Assembly (NCBI GenBank): GCA_965285935.1
Contig: OZ260661.1
Location: 66,154,001 to 66,218,000, forward strand
Length of the DNA: 64,000 nucleotides
DNA from: Ophelia neglecta
Taxonomy: Eukaryota
Direction: 5' to 3'
The notes below the pieces were generated by a model. That model saw only the letters and a list, made by a program, of their open reading frames with translations, did no database searches and was not told the DNA's origin. The number at the start of each line of letters is the position of its first letter. Position 1 is the first letter of the stretch. Both the position numbers and the translations under genes were made by a program. Below are positions 51,801 to 64,000 of this stretch, one piece after another.

Positions 51801-52485
51801 TAGACGGTTTATAACGTCACCAATAACAATCAAAGTTCTGCAATCGATTACTTTTGGCTTTAGATGAACTTATATTGGTTTACGAGAGAACGCTTTACAT
51901 AAACGAGGCCTTATAGCGAATGTTCCAATGGGAAACATTGGTTTATTTCAAGTTGTTATATCTGCTTAAAATAAATATCGCCATCGGAGCAAAACATTCC
52001 CTCAAACTATTAGACTAGGGGACTTACAACGTTCCTGGAAAACTCTTGAATATTGCTCACTAAAAAACACACTTGGGCAAATCAAATTGATGATTTATAT
52101 TTTGAACTTCTGTCCTACGGTATTTATGCAGTTGCTGTACTTATGTCACATACAAATACCCAGGGTAGGCAGTTGTAGTAAAATATTCTTAACCGATACT
52201 AGAATTAATCATTCTAATGCCATACAACTTCTAATTGTTTGGGTAATATTGCTGTGTCCAGTTTCAGAGCTTATAAAAACGCCTGCAAATACTCTTCCCA
52301 TGCATAGATCGATTGAGAAATCTGATATGGATGTCTAAGAGAAAATATAGAGAAAGCATACTCACGAAACTACGTCTTGTGAGTCTCCACTGATTGAAAT
52401 CGTCATCGTAGCCGTTCGGCCATGCTTCTACGTACGCAACGATGGCCGCTAACAGACCAAAGCCGATCACAGAGCGCATGCTCAT
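24835..52485 (-). CDS. Secreted 16-Cys ITG-like peptide / prohormone-3-type precursor (184 aa), 4 coding exons
   Basis: Exons 52485-52366, 27276-27195, 25312-25115 and 24989-24835 (all GT-AG, phases 0,1,1) join to MSMRSVIGFGLLAAIVAYVEA-WPNGYDDDFNQWRLTRRSF-CTGSGGKCFSTGQCCKGFVCAAFDDYF-GENPAIPGFCVKEKDLQPCSTGADCDGSNKCASLGRGGEKYCIPRPDDEAEEEGGKRRRPYEKGGI-GSHCESDDDCRARTADGKQKLCCQTIHKGRSGVARMCDPITPISTCIRKRK*. It has a signal peptide, 16 Cys in the C-C-CC-C-C / C-C-C-C / C-C-CC-C-C order and an LCCQ motif like insect ITG/prohormone-3. The family call is less certain than the gene model. Confidence 0.85.
30460..30800. repeat. Degenerate short-period repeat (ATTCCYGGA-like cores), probably a transposon relic
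   Basis: Recurring attcccgg, attctcgga, attccgga, attcctgg, ttcccga, attcctgga, ttccagga and attcctgga. Confidence 0.5.
36310..36679. mobile_element. hAT-like non-autonomous element (CAG..CTG termini, 5-bp TSD), copy 1
   Basis: TIRs CAGTGGCGTAGGA / TCCTACGCCTCTG; CCGCT on both flanks (36305-36309, 36680-36684); related inverted copy at 55737-56052. Confidence 0.8.
36726..36934. repeat. 49-bp minisatellite, about 4.3 copies
   Basis: Units TAGAATGTTATTTTGCYTGACT..ACCAGT start at 36726, 36775, 36824, 36873 and 36922. Confidence 0.85.
37796..37991. mobile_element. Short hAT-like MITE (CAGG.GCGGAT / ATCCGCCACTG termini, C-runs)
   Basis: Imperfect TIRs and subterminal poly-C/G; no clear TSD. Confidence 0.55.
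38777..39434. repeat. Local dispersed duplication of about 95 bp (38777-38872 and 39339-39434)
   Basis: TATxTGAxGTATCAGxATTTGATGCxAAATAxCAACGTGAGC...TTTTAAA occurs twice, about 560 bp apart. Confidence 0.7.
41040..41600 (-). mobile_element. Degraded 3' fragment of a LINE ORF2
   Basis: LERSQKFIAKTIQGL..RMHDEIARCMLGWMSI and (frameshifted) IENRKFMFLCNL resemble the post-RT region of RTE-X/CR1-group LINEs. Boundaries are approximate. Confidence 0.6.
43255..43372. repeat. 42-bp minisatellite, about 3 copies
   Basis: TAGTCGAAxTGCAxACGAAAAT at 43266, 43308 and 43350. Confidence 0.85.
43803..44180. mobile_element. PIF/Harbinger (Tourist-like) MITE, copy 2 (inverted relative to copy 1)
   Basis: Same TIRs as 3201-3586; TAA TSD at 43800-43802 and 44181-44183. 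Confidence 0.93.
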
Positions 52486-54889
52486 CTCACTCAGTACCTG
52501 ATACTCTTCTGACTAACCCGATCAGTGCAACTTCAACTGCTTTTATTCAAAGGAGTTTCAGATTTTTTGCTGAAAAATAAAATGTAAAAGGTCGGTGTAA
52601 AAAAAAGCGTGTCCTCATACTCTTCTTGACGTAGATGTGACATAGTGAAGGCCCACGAGCAGTAAGACGAAACCACTCATTATAATACCACTGTGAAAAT
52701 GCACCGGTAGAATTCAAATAATAGATCAAATTATCTATACTGTGTTTACATACAAAGAAGTTGGGATCACTGTTCCAATATGATAAATACCTTTCATTTA
52801 TCTGTCTTCCGCCTGTACAAGAAGGCATTAAACACATATACATGTTTAAATTCTAATAAAGCTGGACAAATACTAAGGTAAAGGTTAAAGTCGCGATATT
52901 TAGCCTACTCTATGCCTATGACTTCCTGGTAAATATCAATACTGTGTAACAGTCCTAACTCGCCCCAGATCGGCCATTTTACATAGCCCCGATTAACGTC
53001 AACATTCAGTATTGTGTGTCAGTGAGAAGAGTGACTGCACAATTTTTTCATAATTGGCCGAAAAAAATGTATAGTGATTATGTCTTCTTTTTAACATTGT
53101 TAATGCATTTGACGATAAAATCCTTGGGACTCACTTTCAGTACTCAAATGACATTTCTGAGTTCCTTTTTCTGCCGCCAACTCGTCCACCTGTCCGCCCC
53201 CAAGGCCATTAAAATGCCCTCTGGTGCCTACGGCTTATATGTCTGCCAGGAGAAGAGCTTTCAATAATGGATAACAAGCCACTATCACAACAATCCATGT
53301 CAGCAAACATTTTGCATAGTTCCAAAGCACAAAAATCAAGCATGAGTTTTGTGTTACGGTTTATTCAGCCTAAATACACGCATATCAGTTGTAGCTTTTT
53401 GCTGGAATTTCAGTAACGGGATTTTTCAGCTTCCCGCCTAACTTAGGTTATTTTATTCGCCGGCATTTTCTAAACAGTAGTTTCATAGGGCTAGACTTCG
53501 AATTATTCTAATTATGAAAGGTTTAAATACATCAAGTTCACAAGCTCTCCTAGCCAAGCCAAATATAAATGGCAAATGCAAAATTGGCTTTAAGCGGATT
53601 CTGCGCATACTCTCAATTTTTATTCCCTGAAAAGTCATGAGGACAATCATTCTTCCTCCTTCCCTTGGTACGTGGTCAATTATCAATATATTCTAGAAGG
53701 AAGAAGAGTCCATTGCAAAAATGCGGAGCCATGAGTTAAAATGGAAAAGTTGTCATTTGAATATGTTTGGTTGGACAGCTATCGGAAGTGCCTTTCATGT
53801 TTCATATGACGTAAGTGTTAACCTCGCCCCATCTCTAGCCTCACGAGGACAAAATAGACTCGAGGAAAACTCATTTTTTACGCCACAATCAATATAAACT
53901 ATCTTTAAAAAAGAATGAATCAAGCATTTAACTATTCTTCTCAGTTTTTCAAGTAAACAATGAATAGAAAAGGGATATTTTTTATGTGATTAGATTCCAA
54001 TTTGTTTTAACTTTTTAGTCATTTAAAGCTACAGTGTAATTGATTTTGATCGATCGACAATGATATTGTCCAAGAACCGACATTCACAACGTCACGTGTC
54101 CAGGTTTTCACCTGGTATATATACACATACTCGATATCTGCTCATTAATAAAGAAATGATGAATACACCAGATGTATCTTATACAATAGGCACCTCCGAA
54201 CAAAGTTAGCGAGTAAGAAGCGCAGCCTGAGCTATTCCCCTATTTCCAAACAACGATATGTTAATCTCAGCTAATTTCAGATATCACTGAGACATCCGTT
54301 CTCATATACACCATTTGTTTCTCGAGTTCTGATGTCAACTAACACATCTTATTTTTTCAAAAAAATCCAAACTTGCCTAAGGCCGCTTCGTGTCTTGAGA
54401 CCTTGGTTACCACATGGAGCAATTGTTCTGGCCGCCCAAAAAAGAAAAAAGTCCTAAATCACCCAAATTAGAAATATCAGCATCTCGAAACGTCTTCATT
54501 TAACATCAGGACCCTAAGCATGTATTAGGGATGAAACCTGAATACTCTCCAGGTTTTTAAGAACGATACACCAGCCCGAATCATTTAGATGGAAACTCGC
54601 CGCATGTTTTATTTTACAAAGAATCAATGATCAATGCTGGTTTGTTAAGCACCCCACTAATTGTACAAATCAAATTTTACTTGACAAATGACTCCCTTGC
54701 GGCGTCTCCTGTGGCAAGACAATAAGAGTTCAATCATCCTCTACAATAGTTTCTTATAGCGACGGGTTGAAAGATTCTGGATCCTAGGGTTGTCCAGGGA
54801 AATAGAAATCTGAGTGGAAATGTTCGTGAAATGAAGAACACAATTTCCATTGTGATTTCAAACAAATAGAAAAGGGAAGAAAGGCTTAC

Positions 54890-54992
54890 CAAAAGGAAAA
54901 TCTATTCTCCGGCCTCAATCCTCCGACCCGAACATTCAATATTCGACGGTTCTATTCCTATGCCAGATAAGGTGGAACGCGCAGTGTATATA
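54890..54992 (-). promoter_or_regulatory. Candidate TATA box and non-coding first exon of the ITG-like gene
   Basis: TATATA at 54992-54987 (minus) is followed about 100 nt later by the donor G|GTAAGC at 54890/54889. A strong acceptor TTTTACATTTTATTTTTCAG| ends at 52570, just upstream of the ATG exon. Confidence 0.45.
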
Positions 54993-55454
54993 CCCCTTCC
55001 TGGATCAATAGTGGCTCAGCTTAGAAGGATTGAGCAATGTCATTTATTGAGCTTATTAGGCATGGACGAGTCTATTTGCACCCCCGGGAGGACAGGCTTG
55101 GCTGATCTCAAATCTGATACGGTGTGTCTAGCGAGGCGCAAAATGGCGGTAAGACGAGGGTATGACGCTGGTGAATACGTCACGTGTCCCAGAAGCTGAT
55201 TGGCACTGGAAGCGTTCCATCCGCCATATACAGCTGAAAGCATCGGAACAACAAATAGTCCATCTCAAAAAAGTATCAAATATTTATGACATGTGTGACA
55301 GGAAAAAGTCGAGGCCTAACGCTGATAAATACACTGTTGATGAAAAATTAGGTAAAGCTTGGAGAACAAACACACTTCACTGAATTCTCCACTCAGATTA
55401 TCAGCACCAACTGGCAAATTATGGGTGCTGACGGACACCATCATGGTAATATTA

Positions 55455-55700
55455 TTGACCTTAAAGAGGGTCCCTAAGAGGCGTGGTCCCCAACAGCCTT
55501 CGAGTCCCTAATGGAAACGGTTCCTAAATGCATTTGGGTCTCTAAGTGTAATGATCCCCAAAAGCCTTCGAGCCCCAAAGAGAAATTGCCCCCAATAGCC
55601 ATCCGGCCCCTAAGGGGAATGGGGCCCCTAGGCATCAGGATCCATGGGTGGAATGGTCCCCCAAGCCTCAGGGTTCCTAAGATGAAGCCTACTGGCGGGC
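55455..55700. repeat. Degenerate GC-rich tandem repeat (CCCTAAG / GGTCCCC / AGCCTTCGAG motifs)
   Basis: Recurring ccctaag, ggtcccc and agccttcgag elements. Confidence 0.5.
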
Positions 55701-55736
55701 CTACTGGTCTCCTAATTTGAGATCCCTCTAGAATGG

Positions 55737-56052
55737 CAGAGGCGTGGAAAGGAAAATCAAAGTGAGGGGGCCAACTTTACATCAGCGGCATAAAAAGTGT
55801 GTGTGTGGGTGGGCCAAAACATATGATGCCCCCCCCCCCCCCCCGCCACTCTTCATTGATCTTTACATGCCAAAAAGCATTGAATAAATGGAATAATTGG
55901 CTGTGTAATGGTTTTGTAAATAACCTGCGTGAGAGGGTCATCATTAAAAAGTTGGGGGGGGGGCATAACATATATATCCCCCCCCCCACTTTTTTAAATG
56001 GGGGGCCTAGCCCCCCGCCCCCCCCCCCCCCCCCCAGCTTCCTACGCCACTG
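55737..56052. mobile_element. hAT-like non-autonomous element, copy 2 (inverted relative to 36310-36679)
   Basis: Termini CAGAGGCGTGGA / TCCTACGCCACTG; shares GGAAAATCAAAGTGAxGGGGCCAACTTTACATCxGCGGCATAAA with copy 1; flanks AATGG/AATTG. Confidence 0.8.
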
Positions 56053-57679
56053 AATTGTTAAGTGGGCAGAGCCAAGAAATGCACGTGACCATGTTTAAGG
56101 CATGTTTAGACATGTAAACAAAGCAATAAGTTTTTGTTTTATTTATCTGTTATCTAACACGGCATTGGTCCTTCATTGTCTGCTGCTATCAATATGGTCT
56201 CATGAGATCGGCAGGCCAAGATCTTTAAACTAAATAATTTCGATCATCATTTGGGAACAAGTTGAAGTTAAAAACAAGACTTAAACTGTTCATGTTTCGT
56301 ACATGTGCATATTACGCTGCGGAAAAGCAATTACGCCACTCTTTTCAATAGATTTTCTGTCGTCCCCTTCTACAATATATGGTTTGCAATTCAATAAGAC
56401 GAATTTGCCTTCGAAAAAGTTCAATGCACCGAACAGAGGGAATATTTATATGTATTTCAACCTTCACATTCCAACCACAACTTATGGGGGCGGTTTAGCA
56501 GAATAGCTTGAAGAAGGGACAGAGTAATTCAGACTGAGCGGGTTTCATTTAAATCCTCAATGACGTCATCATATCTAGATAGCTCGTAGGCAGTAATCAA
56601 ATCAAATTTATAACGATTTGACGAACTGCTTGACTTTGAGATTCGGTTCAGTCAGGAGACTTCATTATTAAAATCATTTGCATAAGTAGCTGCATACAGG
56701 AAGCACCCATCGATATATTAAACCATTAAACCGGAATTCGTTTGGGACATCACACGTCCATTTGGGTTATAATACGTCGCACGGAAAACGATAATTGTTT
56801 CACTCATGGGCCCACACGTACTGCTGATGAAGGCAACTTCGCTGACACTGGTTTTGATAGTGTATAATTTGCTCTATGACACAATATGGCGTAGAATGAT
56901 ATATGGACAGGAAGGTGGAAGCCTACATCAGAAGGAATATAATGCAGAATAATACATCCCACTGTTAAAAAGCCATTTCCTTTGTGGTGGCAAAGATTGA
57001 TGACACTCTATCTTTTAAAGAAACGCTATAAAGGGAGCGGCATGGAAAACGCAGGGATTAAAAACTCATTTTCACCCCAACGAGTACTTTTTGCCTATCC
57101 TAATAAGTATTCAGGATAGCTTTATTAGTTTTCAATATTATAACAGAAATTCATAGATAACATTGTTTCTTGTAAAACGAAACATAATTGTCTTTGTTAT
57201 ACATTGCCACAGTGAGTGTTTGCCTCTTTGACTGCTACAAATTATTAAATTTTATTCGGATATCATAGTATTATATGCATAAGGTCATAGACTTGTACTC
57301 AATCATAGGCCAAGGTTAAACCACCGCTGCTAAAATGTTCAGATGATATCTTCAGAATTTAGAATTTCCAACTCGCAGCTTTAAAGCAACAGTGTTAATC
57401 GTTAGTGATTACAATTTGCTCTAAAGGATTAAGGTTATCTTCACTTCGCCTACCTCAGGCTAACCACATATAGGCCTGCCTCAGACAGATGACAAAAGAA
57501 AATGTTCCGCTCAGTTTGTTAGCGAGTAGCTTATTATCATAATAATTACTACATGCATGCCACTACGTCCATTATTAGATAGGCCAAAACACAAACGCTT
57601 TTGTTGGAAGGACCGCCTACTCAATGCCGATCCTTATGCTTAAAAAAGCACATGAACTTCTCTGTGGGCGATGCTGGCT

Positions 57680-59870
57680 GACTTATTATGAGATTTTTCA
57701 TTTGGCTATGAGGTTCTCCCACTCCCGGTGGTTACTGGACTTTGATTGGCGACTGATTGGCCGTTTGTTTCCACATTGTCCCTCCTTTTGTTAGCCGCAC
57801 GCAGGGAAATTAGTGTGTGCGTAGGTTGAGGACCAACTCGGTCCCGTTATGGTGGGGGGGGGGGGCTTTTTTTCTGGTTCCTTTGAGATAAGATATGGCT
57901 TGGTGAAAAGTAGATATCTCCTGTTTCTCACGTAGACTTTTTCGTCCCCCATTACAACATATGATTTGGGATTCTCTGATTGTTGTTTTACTATAGCAAG
58001 CTGGTCGTGGACCTTATTTTCTCTGCATCCTTACCACCTGACTAGGCCGGAGTTGGATTCAAGGCTTTGATCTGTCGTTATTTTTCTCCTGTTCTTCGCT
58101 TTTCCAGGTATTTCTATACTTGTTTAGGAGACTTTACTTAGGGCCCGTTTAGAATCTTTGAGACAGGAAGTAAAGTACGCGTCCTCCGTGTTAGGAGGCG
58201 TTTGGTGACTCTTTTTTTGTTTCTTGCGAAGATTGAGAAGCCCCAGAAAGAGGTCTGATCCATCCCTATTTGTCTTTTCAAGCAAGTCCTTTGCTTGTTT
58301 GACCGCATTCTCAAGTGCAATCAAGTGCTTTCCATTATGCATAGGATGCACTGCTTGTAGTCAGTGAAAGCCCAAAAACTGTTTGAACTCGTTGCTGTTG
58401 CACTAACCAGCGTTGTTAAATATCAAAGTGCTCGGAAGGCCGTGAGCAGCAAAGTCTATTTTCGGGTTTTTATGACACGTTTTGAGCTTTGGCCATTAAA
58501 GTTGTTGTTCTCAAACCAGCCTGCCTAGGAAACTATTCACCATATATTGGATGTTTTCCATTAATTGACACGTAGATAGGTGTTTATTTAGGATTATGGT
58601 AACTAAGAAACGGTGTGACTACCATTGGTTCTTTCTGCTGGTGATATTTAAGGTTGTTGCAAGGGGAACAATATGATAGGGCTTCTTCTATTTCAGGGTT
58701 CATGTTGTCAAACATACTTCATTTCTTGCCCTTTTTTGGTTCTTTCTAGCCCTGGCTGGCCCTTGTGTACTTGGTCTATCTATGTGTGTTGGTTTTTGAG
58801 TTTTAGGTGCTATATGTCTCTCTGTCCTTTCATAATGAAGTCTTCATCTATTATGAGTTCACTTCTGATGTTGAAATATGGCCGTGCGAACTTAGCTACA
58901 TGTTGGTAGTTTTCTGACCATTATTCTTTTTGAACAGCGTGCTTTTGTGCTTAAACGTGCGTGCATTTGGCATTATGGAGGCCACTTCTACGACTGTTGT
59001 CATAGTGTGGACGCAAGAAGACTTTGTTCAAACCCTGCTGGTGGTCGAGGACTTCAACATTCGCCTTTTTGGAGTCTACCATTTGTGCTACCCACTCTGT
59101 AGGCTCTGATACTGGTGTGATTACGCCCATGCTGTCATTCTTTCTAGTTTTTGTTGACAGGTTCTTCCATTGCCAATGCTATTCTCCTTGGTTGCTTTAT
59201 AACAGGAAAGATGTTGGGGTCTAATAGCATTCTGTAGATAACTGGGAAATTAACATTATGTACATCTTCTTTCTTGTGACTACTGAGCTCTAAATTTTCT
59301 TCTTCAAACATTTCATTTAGTTGACAGATTGGTATGGCCTTATCGAGTGATATTAAGTCTCTTTCCTTCCCCATTTGTTTCCTCACTAGGTCTGATAAGA
59401 TATAAACAGACTAGTTAATCTGTGGTTAGTTCATATCTCAGTTGACCATATACATACTCACACGAGCCAGGACTTTCATGTAGGCCACATATGTGAGTAT
59501 GTGCTCAACCTTCTGGATCCATGATGTTAAACTTATATCTCTGTGTGATAATTTGGCTTTGGAGATTACACATTTCTTTCAATTTCATTTTCCGTTTAGA
59601 TTCCTGTTATATTTTCCTACATTCGACTGGCCTTGTCTATATGCACCATCATTCTTTTTTTCAGATAAATAGCTGAATTATATTCATTTTCTATTGTTTC
59701 ACGATCAGCGACATCTCAAAGAATATAACACCTTCATCGTCCTTCTCAGCGTGAGTGAATGGATAAGAAAATGTCACAGTCCTTGTAGATCCTCCAATTC
59801 TCTACAACACTTCCTTCGAATATTAGTGGATCTGGCTTTCTAAAGCAAGATTGACTTATGGCAAAAGGTG
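57680..59870 (-). mobile_element. Heavily decayed, internally deleted Ty3/Gypsy LTR retrotransposon remnant
   Basis: On minus, in gag-pol order: FRKPDPLIFEGSVVENWRIY (gag N-terminus), DPNIFPVIKQPRRIALAMEEPV (RT start), HKGQPGLERTKK (integrase zinc-finger region), ENAVKQAKDLLEK..DLFLGLLNLR (integrase core end), YVRNRR and VTTGSGR (integrase C-terminus). LTRs not identified. Confidence 0.8.
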
Positions 59871-60776
59871 CGAGAATATTAGCGATAATAAGACAGTTCT
59901 TACGCAGAGGAAGTGTTTGTCAGGTGAGTGAAAACTTCCAGTGATTACTTATAAAGATAATGTGTTCAAGATGACGTCGTTTCCGGTGGAAGTGGCGGGA
60001 AGTCCTTCGACGCTTCCGGAGCTGAGCACACTAAATTATTCTCAAAAATGGAATATCACCAAAGTGGGTATAAACAGCGAGCAACAGTGTTAAAATGGTT
60101 CCTTGAGATGCGCTGTCCTTTTTTTTCTAGCTGCATAGATTCAGATGTATTTATTCGACCATAGTAAACTGAACATGTACAATGATTGATGGTAAGTTGA
60201 AATTATAATTATGGTCATGGAGACCCTCACTAAGATTAAGGTAATCGCTAGCGTGAGAGCCACCATAATAAAACACTGAATGTATATATTGGTACTGGAA
60301 ATAACAAAATACGTACAAAATATTTGTTTCATAATAAGTCGTGGACAATAATTTAAATAAATTCGAATGCACGCATCACACCAACCTATATATAAAATTT
60401 ATAATAATATACCGCACAAGTAGACATAAGACTATCTCAACTGTTACATGCAAGGCTTCCTGCCCTTAAATTCGCAAGAGGAAGAACACACTCTTTTCAT
60501 CCGTTACTTCTGACCCCATGTAGACATTGACGACGCATGCAGTATCGTATATTTATATCTTATCAAATATTTATTTTCCATGTCAGATACAACATGTGTG
60601 ATAGCCAATCCTGGTACCGAGAGCTGAAAGGAAGTAAGGAGTCTAGAGAATATGAACTTCCACAAATACAGGTGTGTCGTAAAAGGTTTATACAATGTAA
60701 ACATTCTACAGACAAATAGCAATAATTTGAGGTGAAATAACCGTAAGACACGTCCTTTTCCGGCAGCGGGAAATTT

Positions 60777-61096
60777 GTTCAAAACACGAAATAAAATAAA
60801 ATGCTGTTCCGGAATTTTTAGCGATGCGGGCGACAGCTTTATATTTATAATTACATGCTTTATATTTATAATTACATGCTTTACTAGTATGATTTGAGGT
60901 TCGTTCAAAACACGAAATAAAATCCGGATTTTTTAGCGATGCAGGCGACAGCTTTATAAATTATATATATATATTATAAATATAAAGCTGTCGGCCGCAT
61001 CGCTAAAAATTCCGGAACAGCATTTTACATTTTATTTCGTGTTTTGAACGAACCTCAAACCATACTAGACGTGTATTCGTACTAGCAAATACACGT
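60777..61096. repeat. Foldback palindrome (60884-61068) with an extra direct copy of one arm and a flanking hairpin
   Basis: The arm CTAGTATG.TTTGAGGTTCGTTCAAAACACGAAATAAAA...TTTTTAGCGATGC.G.CGACAGCTTTATA is inverted around an (AT)n centre. A direct copy lies at 60777-60851, and a hairpin ACGTGTATT..AATACACGT at 61069-61096. Confidence 0.85.
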
Positions 61097-64000
61097 TGAT
61101 ACTTCACGGATTGAATCAGTTCATAAATAGTAACACTGAATGTGCTATCAATTATTAAAGTACTGGACCTCGTCCTCGTTCTCTTGCGTACACCACTTAT
61201 CGTTCTCGATACTTGGTGGACGCAAAATAAAGCGCTTTAGGGCCCATAACTGCAATATTGTTTTTTTTCCGAAGGCTGCTAAAAAATAATCCCTGACTAG
61301 ATAATCGCGTGACAAAGGAATCCGTATGCCAGAATTGATATCTTAGCCGTAATTCAATTTAAAAGGCTGTTTTAATCGAATTAGGCATAGATTGCTTTTG
61401 CCCATATATTATCATGGCAGGTACCCTATCAGTTAGTTTTAGTAGCCTGTGTGTACACTGGGCGGTGGCAAGTGCAATTACGGCAACCTGCAAACTACTG
61501 GCGAACAGTGCTGTGAGTAGTATCTGGAAATAGTGGCTGTTTCATATTAAGCTGTTCAGGATGCTTTCCTGAGTTAACTCAATTTTGATAAAAGACGTAA
61601 TTTTAAATCATAGGTAAAACTCCGCAACTGCTTCTTTACAGTAAGTAATTTATTTGTAGTTAGTACGTTTAATCTAGATAAATTATTGTACCATAACCTA
61701 TCTACGTAGCATTATGCTAAAAAAAATTGAATAAGTGGTCTTGAACTTTGATGATATGTGATGAACTCGCACGTGTAGTAGTCTAGGGTACAAGTTTTTC
61801 TATTCTTGTCACCTAGAATGTTGCTACTTATAAACTTTATTCAACCTACTCTTTGTGATTCCGTGCAAGTTATGCCTTTGTCTACTCCAACTGGTGACAT
61901 CCGTTTTAAGTAGTTTCCATTTCCGGTCAAGAATTTATCTCATACATTAATCCCAATCGATGACGAATGGTCATTACAACATGTATCAAGGTTACTGATG
62001 TTAAATCCCTAGACTGGCATGTTCCATATTTAATGAAACAACGTAAATGGTGTACATCAATCGCCTTACTTGGGCAAAGATTGCCATTATCTACCGATTA
62101 AATAGACATTTCCTCACTACACTACCAGAATAGTGTGAAGACAATTCAAAATAAAATCATTTTTTATTTAGCAATAAATATTGTTTTTCTTTAAATGGTA
62201 CATTTCCCCTTATGACAGAGAGGCATATGCTACATATAAAGTTATTTAAATATTTACCTCCATTTATATGTATTATCATTACTCGATATATTGACCCCCA
62301 GCTAAATTAATTAGTTTGCTATTAGCAAGCATATACTTATTAAAAATTCCGAAGTTCTTAAACCATGAAAAGGTTTGGAAAGGAATCACTTAACAGTTCT
62401 CAAATATTATATACATAACTAACGTATTGATCAATGTCATTCGACTCTAAAAGTCTACATAACCAGCCACAACAGTGAAATTCTTTCATGGATTGAAATT
62501 ATTTGGCCTTGACCTTTACAGGATAATCTTTTTTTGATAATCAACATTTCTTTAGAGACTGTTTATCGTGTGTTTGAAATTTTAGTTTTAATTTATTGCA
62601 TTTCTGTGCGGAACTGCTTTGTTTTGCGAGACTGCCATTGCGTAAGAAAGTGCTGCTTGTTTTTAAAATTTCATTAACTAAAAGTTAGTAGTGTAAATAA
62701 TCAAGAACATCCCAGTATCTGAAAAATCCATGAGCTGTTATAAGGTACACGAGTCGTTTCCGCTTTAAAGAAGTGTCCATTGCACTTAATATGCTTTAAC
62801 AGAACATATTAATTCGATTTGTTTTTGAGTCTTAGGGTGATAACTAGATTGGCAGGTTCATCTTACGGGAATTCTCGAACGTGATAAGAAGAAGCAATAA
62901 CTTTATTTATGAAATAGTCGATGAGTAGTCTGTCAATTATAATATGTCATATAGTATAAAGTACTTATATAATATTGTTCCTATTATATTATTATAACAT
63001 TATTATTATATATCTATGTAGTCAGTATTAGTCCAGTATACTTACCCAGTGCTGGACCAGTAAATTGGTACTGGGCCAAATGATCGCTACTGTGCAGCAA
63101 TAAAATTTGGTATCGGCCCAGTAAACTGTGCGTTTTTTACAGAGCCAGTTAAGTCGCGATATTAGGACCCCCACCCCCTCACCCATAGAGATGATCATTA
63201 TTTTTAAAATGATGCTGGTATTGAGAGTTTTAAGTGTTAAAAGTGTAGAAAGTTGTGGGGGGGGGGGGGGGGGGTTATAGGTGAACGGACTTTTCATGCA
63301 GCCTGCCTGCCGTATGAATTGCCAGCTAGTAGTACTGACTGGGCTGCCCCGATTCCGCAGTAAGAATTGTTTCACTGATCAATTATACTATTCTACTCAA
63401 ATTATGAAGTACAGTGACGCAGTATACTTTCCACCTCTTTCAACATACGTAATGCAAATGGCCACCCATTCTTTTAATAACCTCTCTGCAGGACAGTTTA
63501 GAATTCCATTTATAGATTTGATGGCCAATTATATAACACATGCATTAAATATGCTAGATGTTATAAGGCGATCGGGAAGGGTGACTAGCATTTACATCAT
63601 ATGATGGGACCTGCAATTCAAGGCAGTTACACAATAAGAATGCTTAGCACTATGAATAATTTTAATATGAACATAAATCTGAAGGTATGTTATTCATTTC
63701 CTTGTAACCAAGATCTCGGATTAATCTATGTTTAAATCAGCACAACGCATTGACCATATAGTCTTGATTATATATAATCAACATATCTCTACCAGCCAAC
63801 TCTTAACAAAAAAAAGACAATGTTCCGATTGTTAAATTGTTTATTTCATATATAAATCTGATACAAAATACCACTTTAAATGGTCAATATTAACTAATGA
63901 CAAAGGACCAGCTGGTACCTATACAATTATTTATAAATTTGCACCCATTCACCAATTATATCTTTACTGAGCAACCCACTCGATAATGATACATATATAT

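Noticed and set aside
52510-52550. TATA-like AATAAAA plus Inr-like TTAGTC as the ITG-like gene promoter
   Set aside because: A strong splice acceptor at 52570 suggests this is internal 5'UTR exon sequence.

Overview
Eukaryotic, AT-rich, intron-containing animal DNA; the gene and transposon content suggests an invertebrate (inference). From left to right: (1) a 5'-truncated, inactivated non-LTR retrotransposon (APE endonuclease + RT + C-terminal Cys/His region, RTE-X/CR1-group-like) interrupted by a PIF/Harbinger-type MITE. (2) A tandem cluster of four divergent paralogous genes on + (6174-23124). Spliced by hand, each encodes a type I membrane protein: signal peptide, Cys-rich N-cap, about 8-9 atypical LRRs, Ser/Thr mucin stalk, TM helix and a short Tyr-containing tail with a conserved (K/R)(V/I)xP motif and no TIR or kinase domain. 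The exon phases are shared, and the stalk gets longer from one paralog to the next. (3) A convergent minus-strand gene for a 184-aa secreted 16-Cys ITG-like/prohormone-3-type precursor, with four coding exons and a 25-kb intron; the ORF track catches only fragments of it. (4) MITEs, tandem repeats, a LINE fragment, a decayed Gypsy element and a foldback palindrome. The best candidate for an undescribed system is the LRR-mucin receptor cluster and its possible link to the neighbouring cysteine-rich secreted peptide. All exon models come from splice-site reading and frame consistency, not transcripts.
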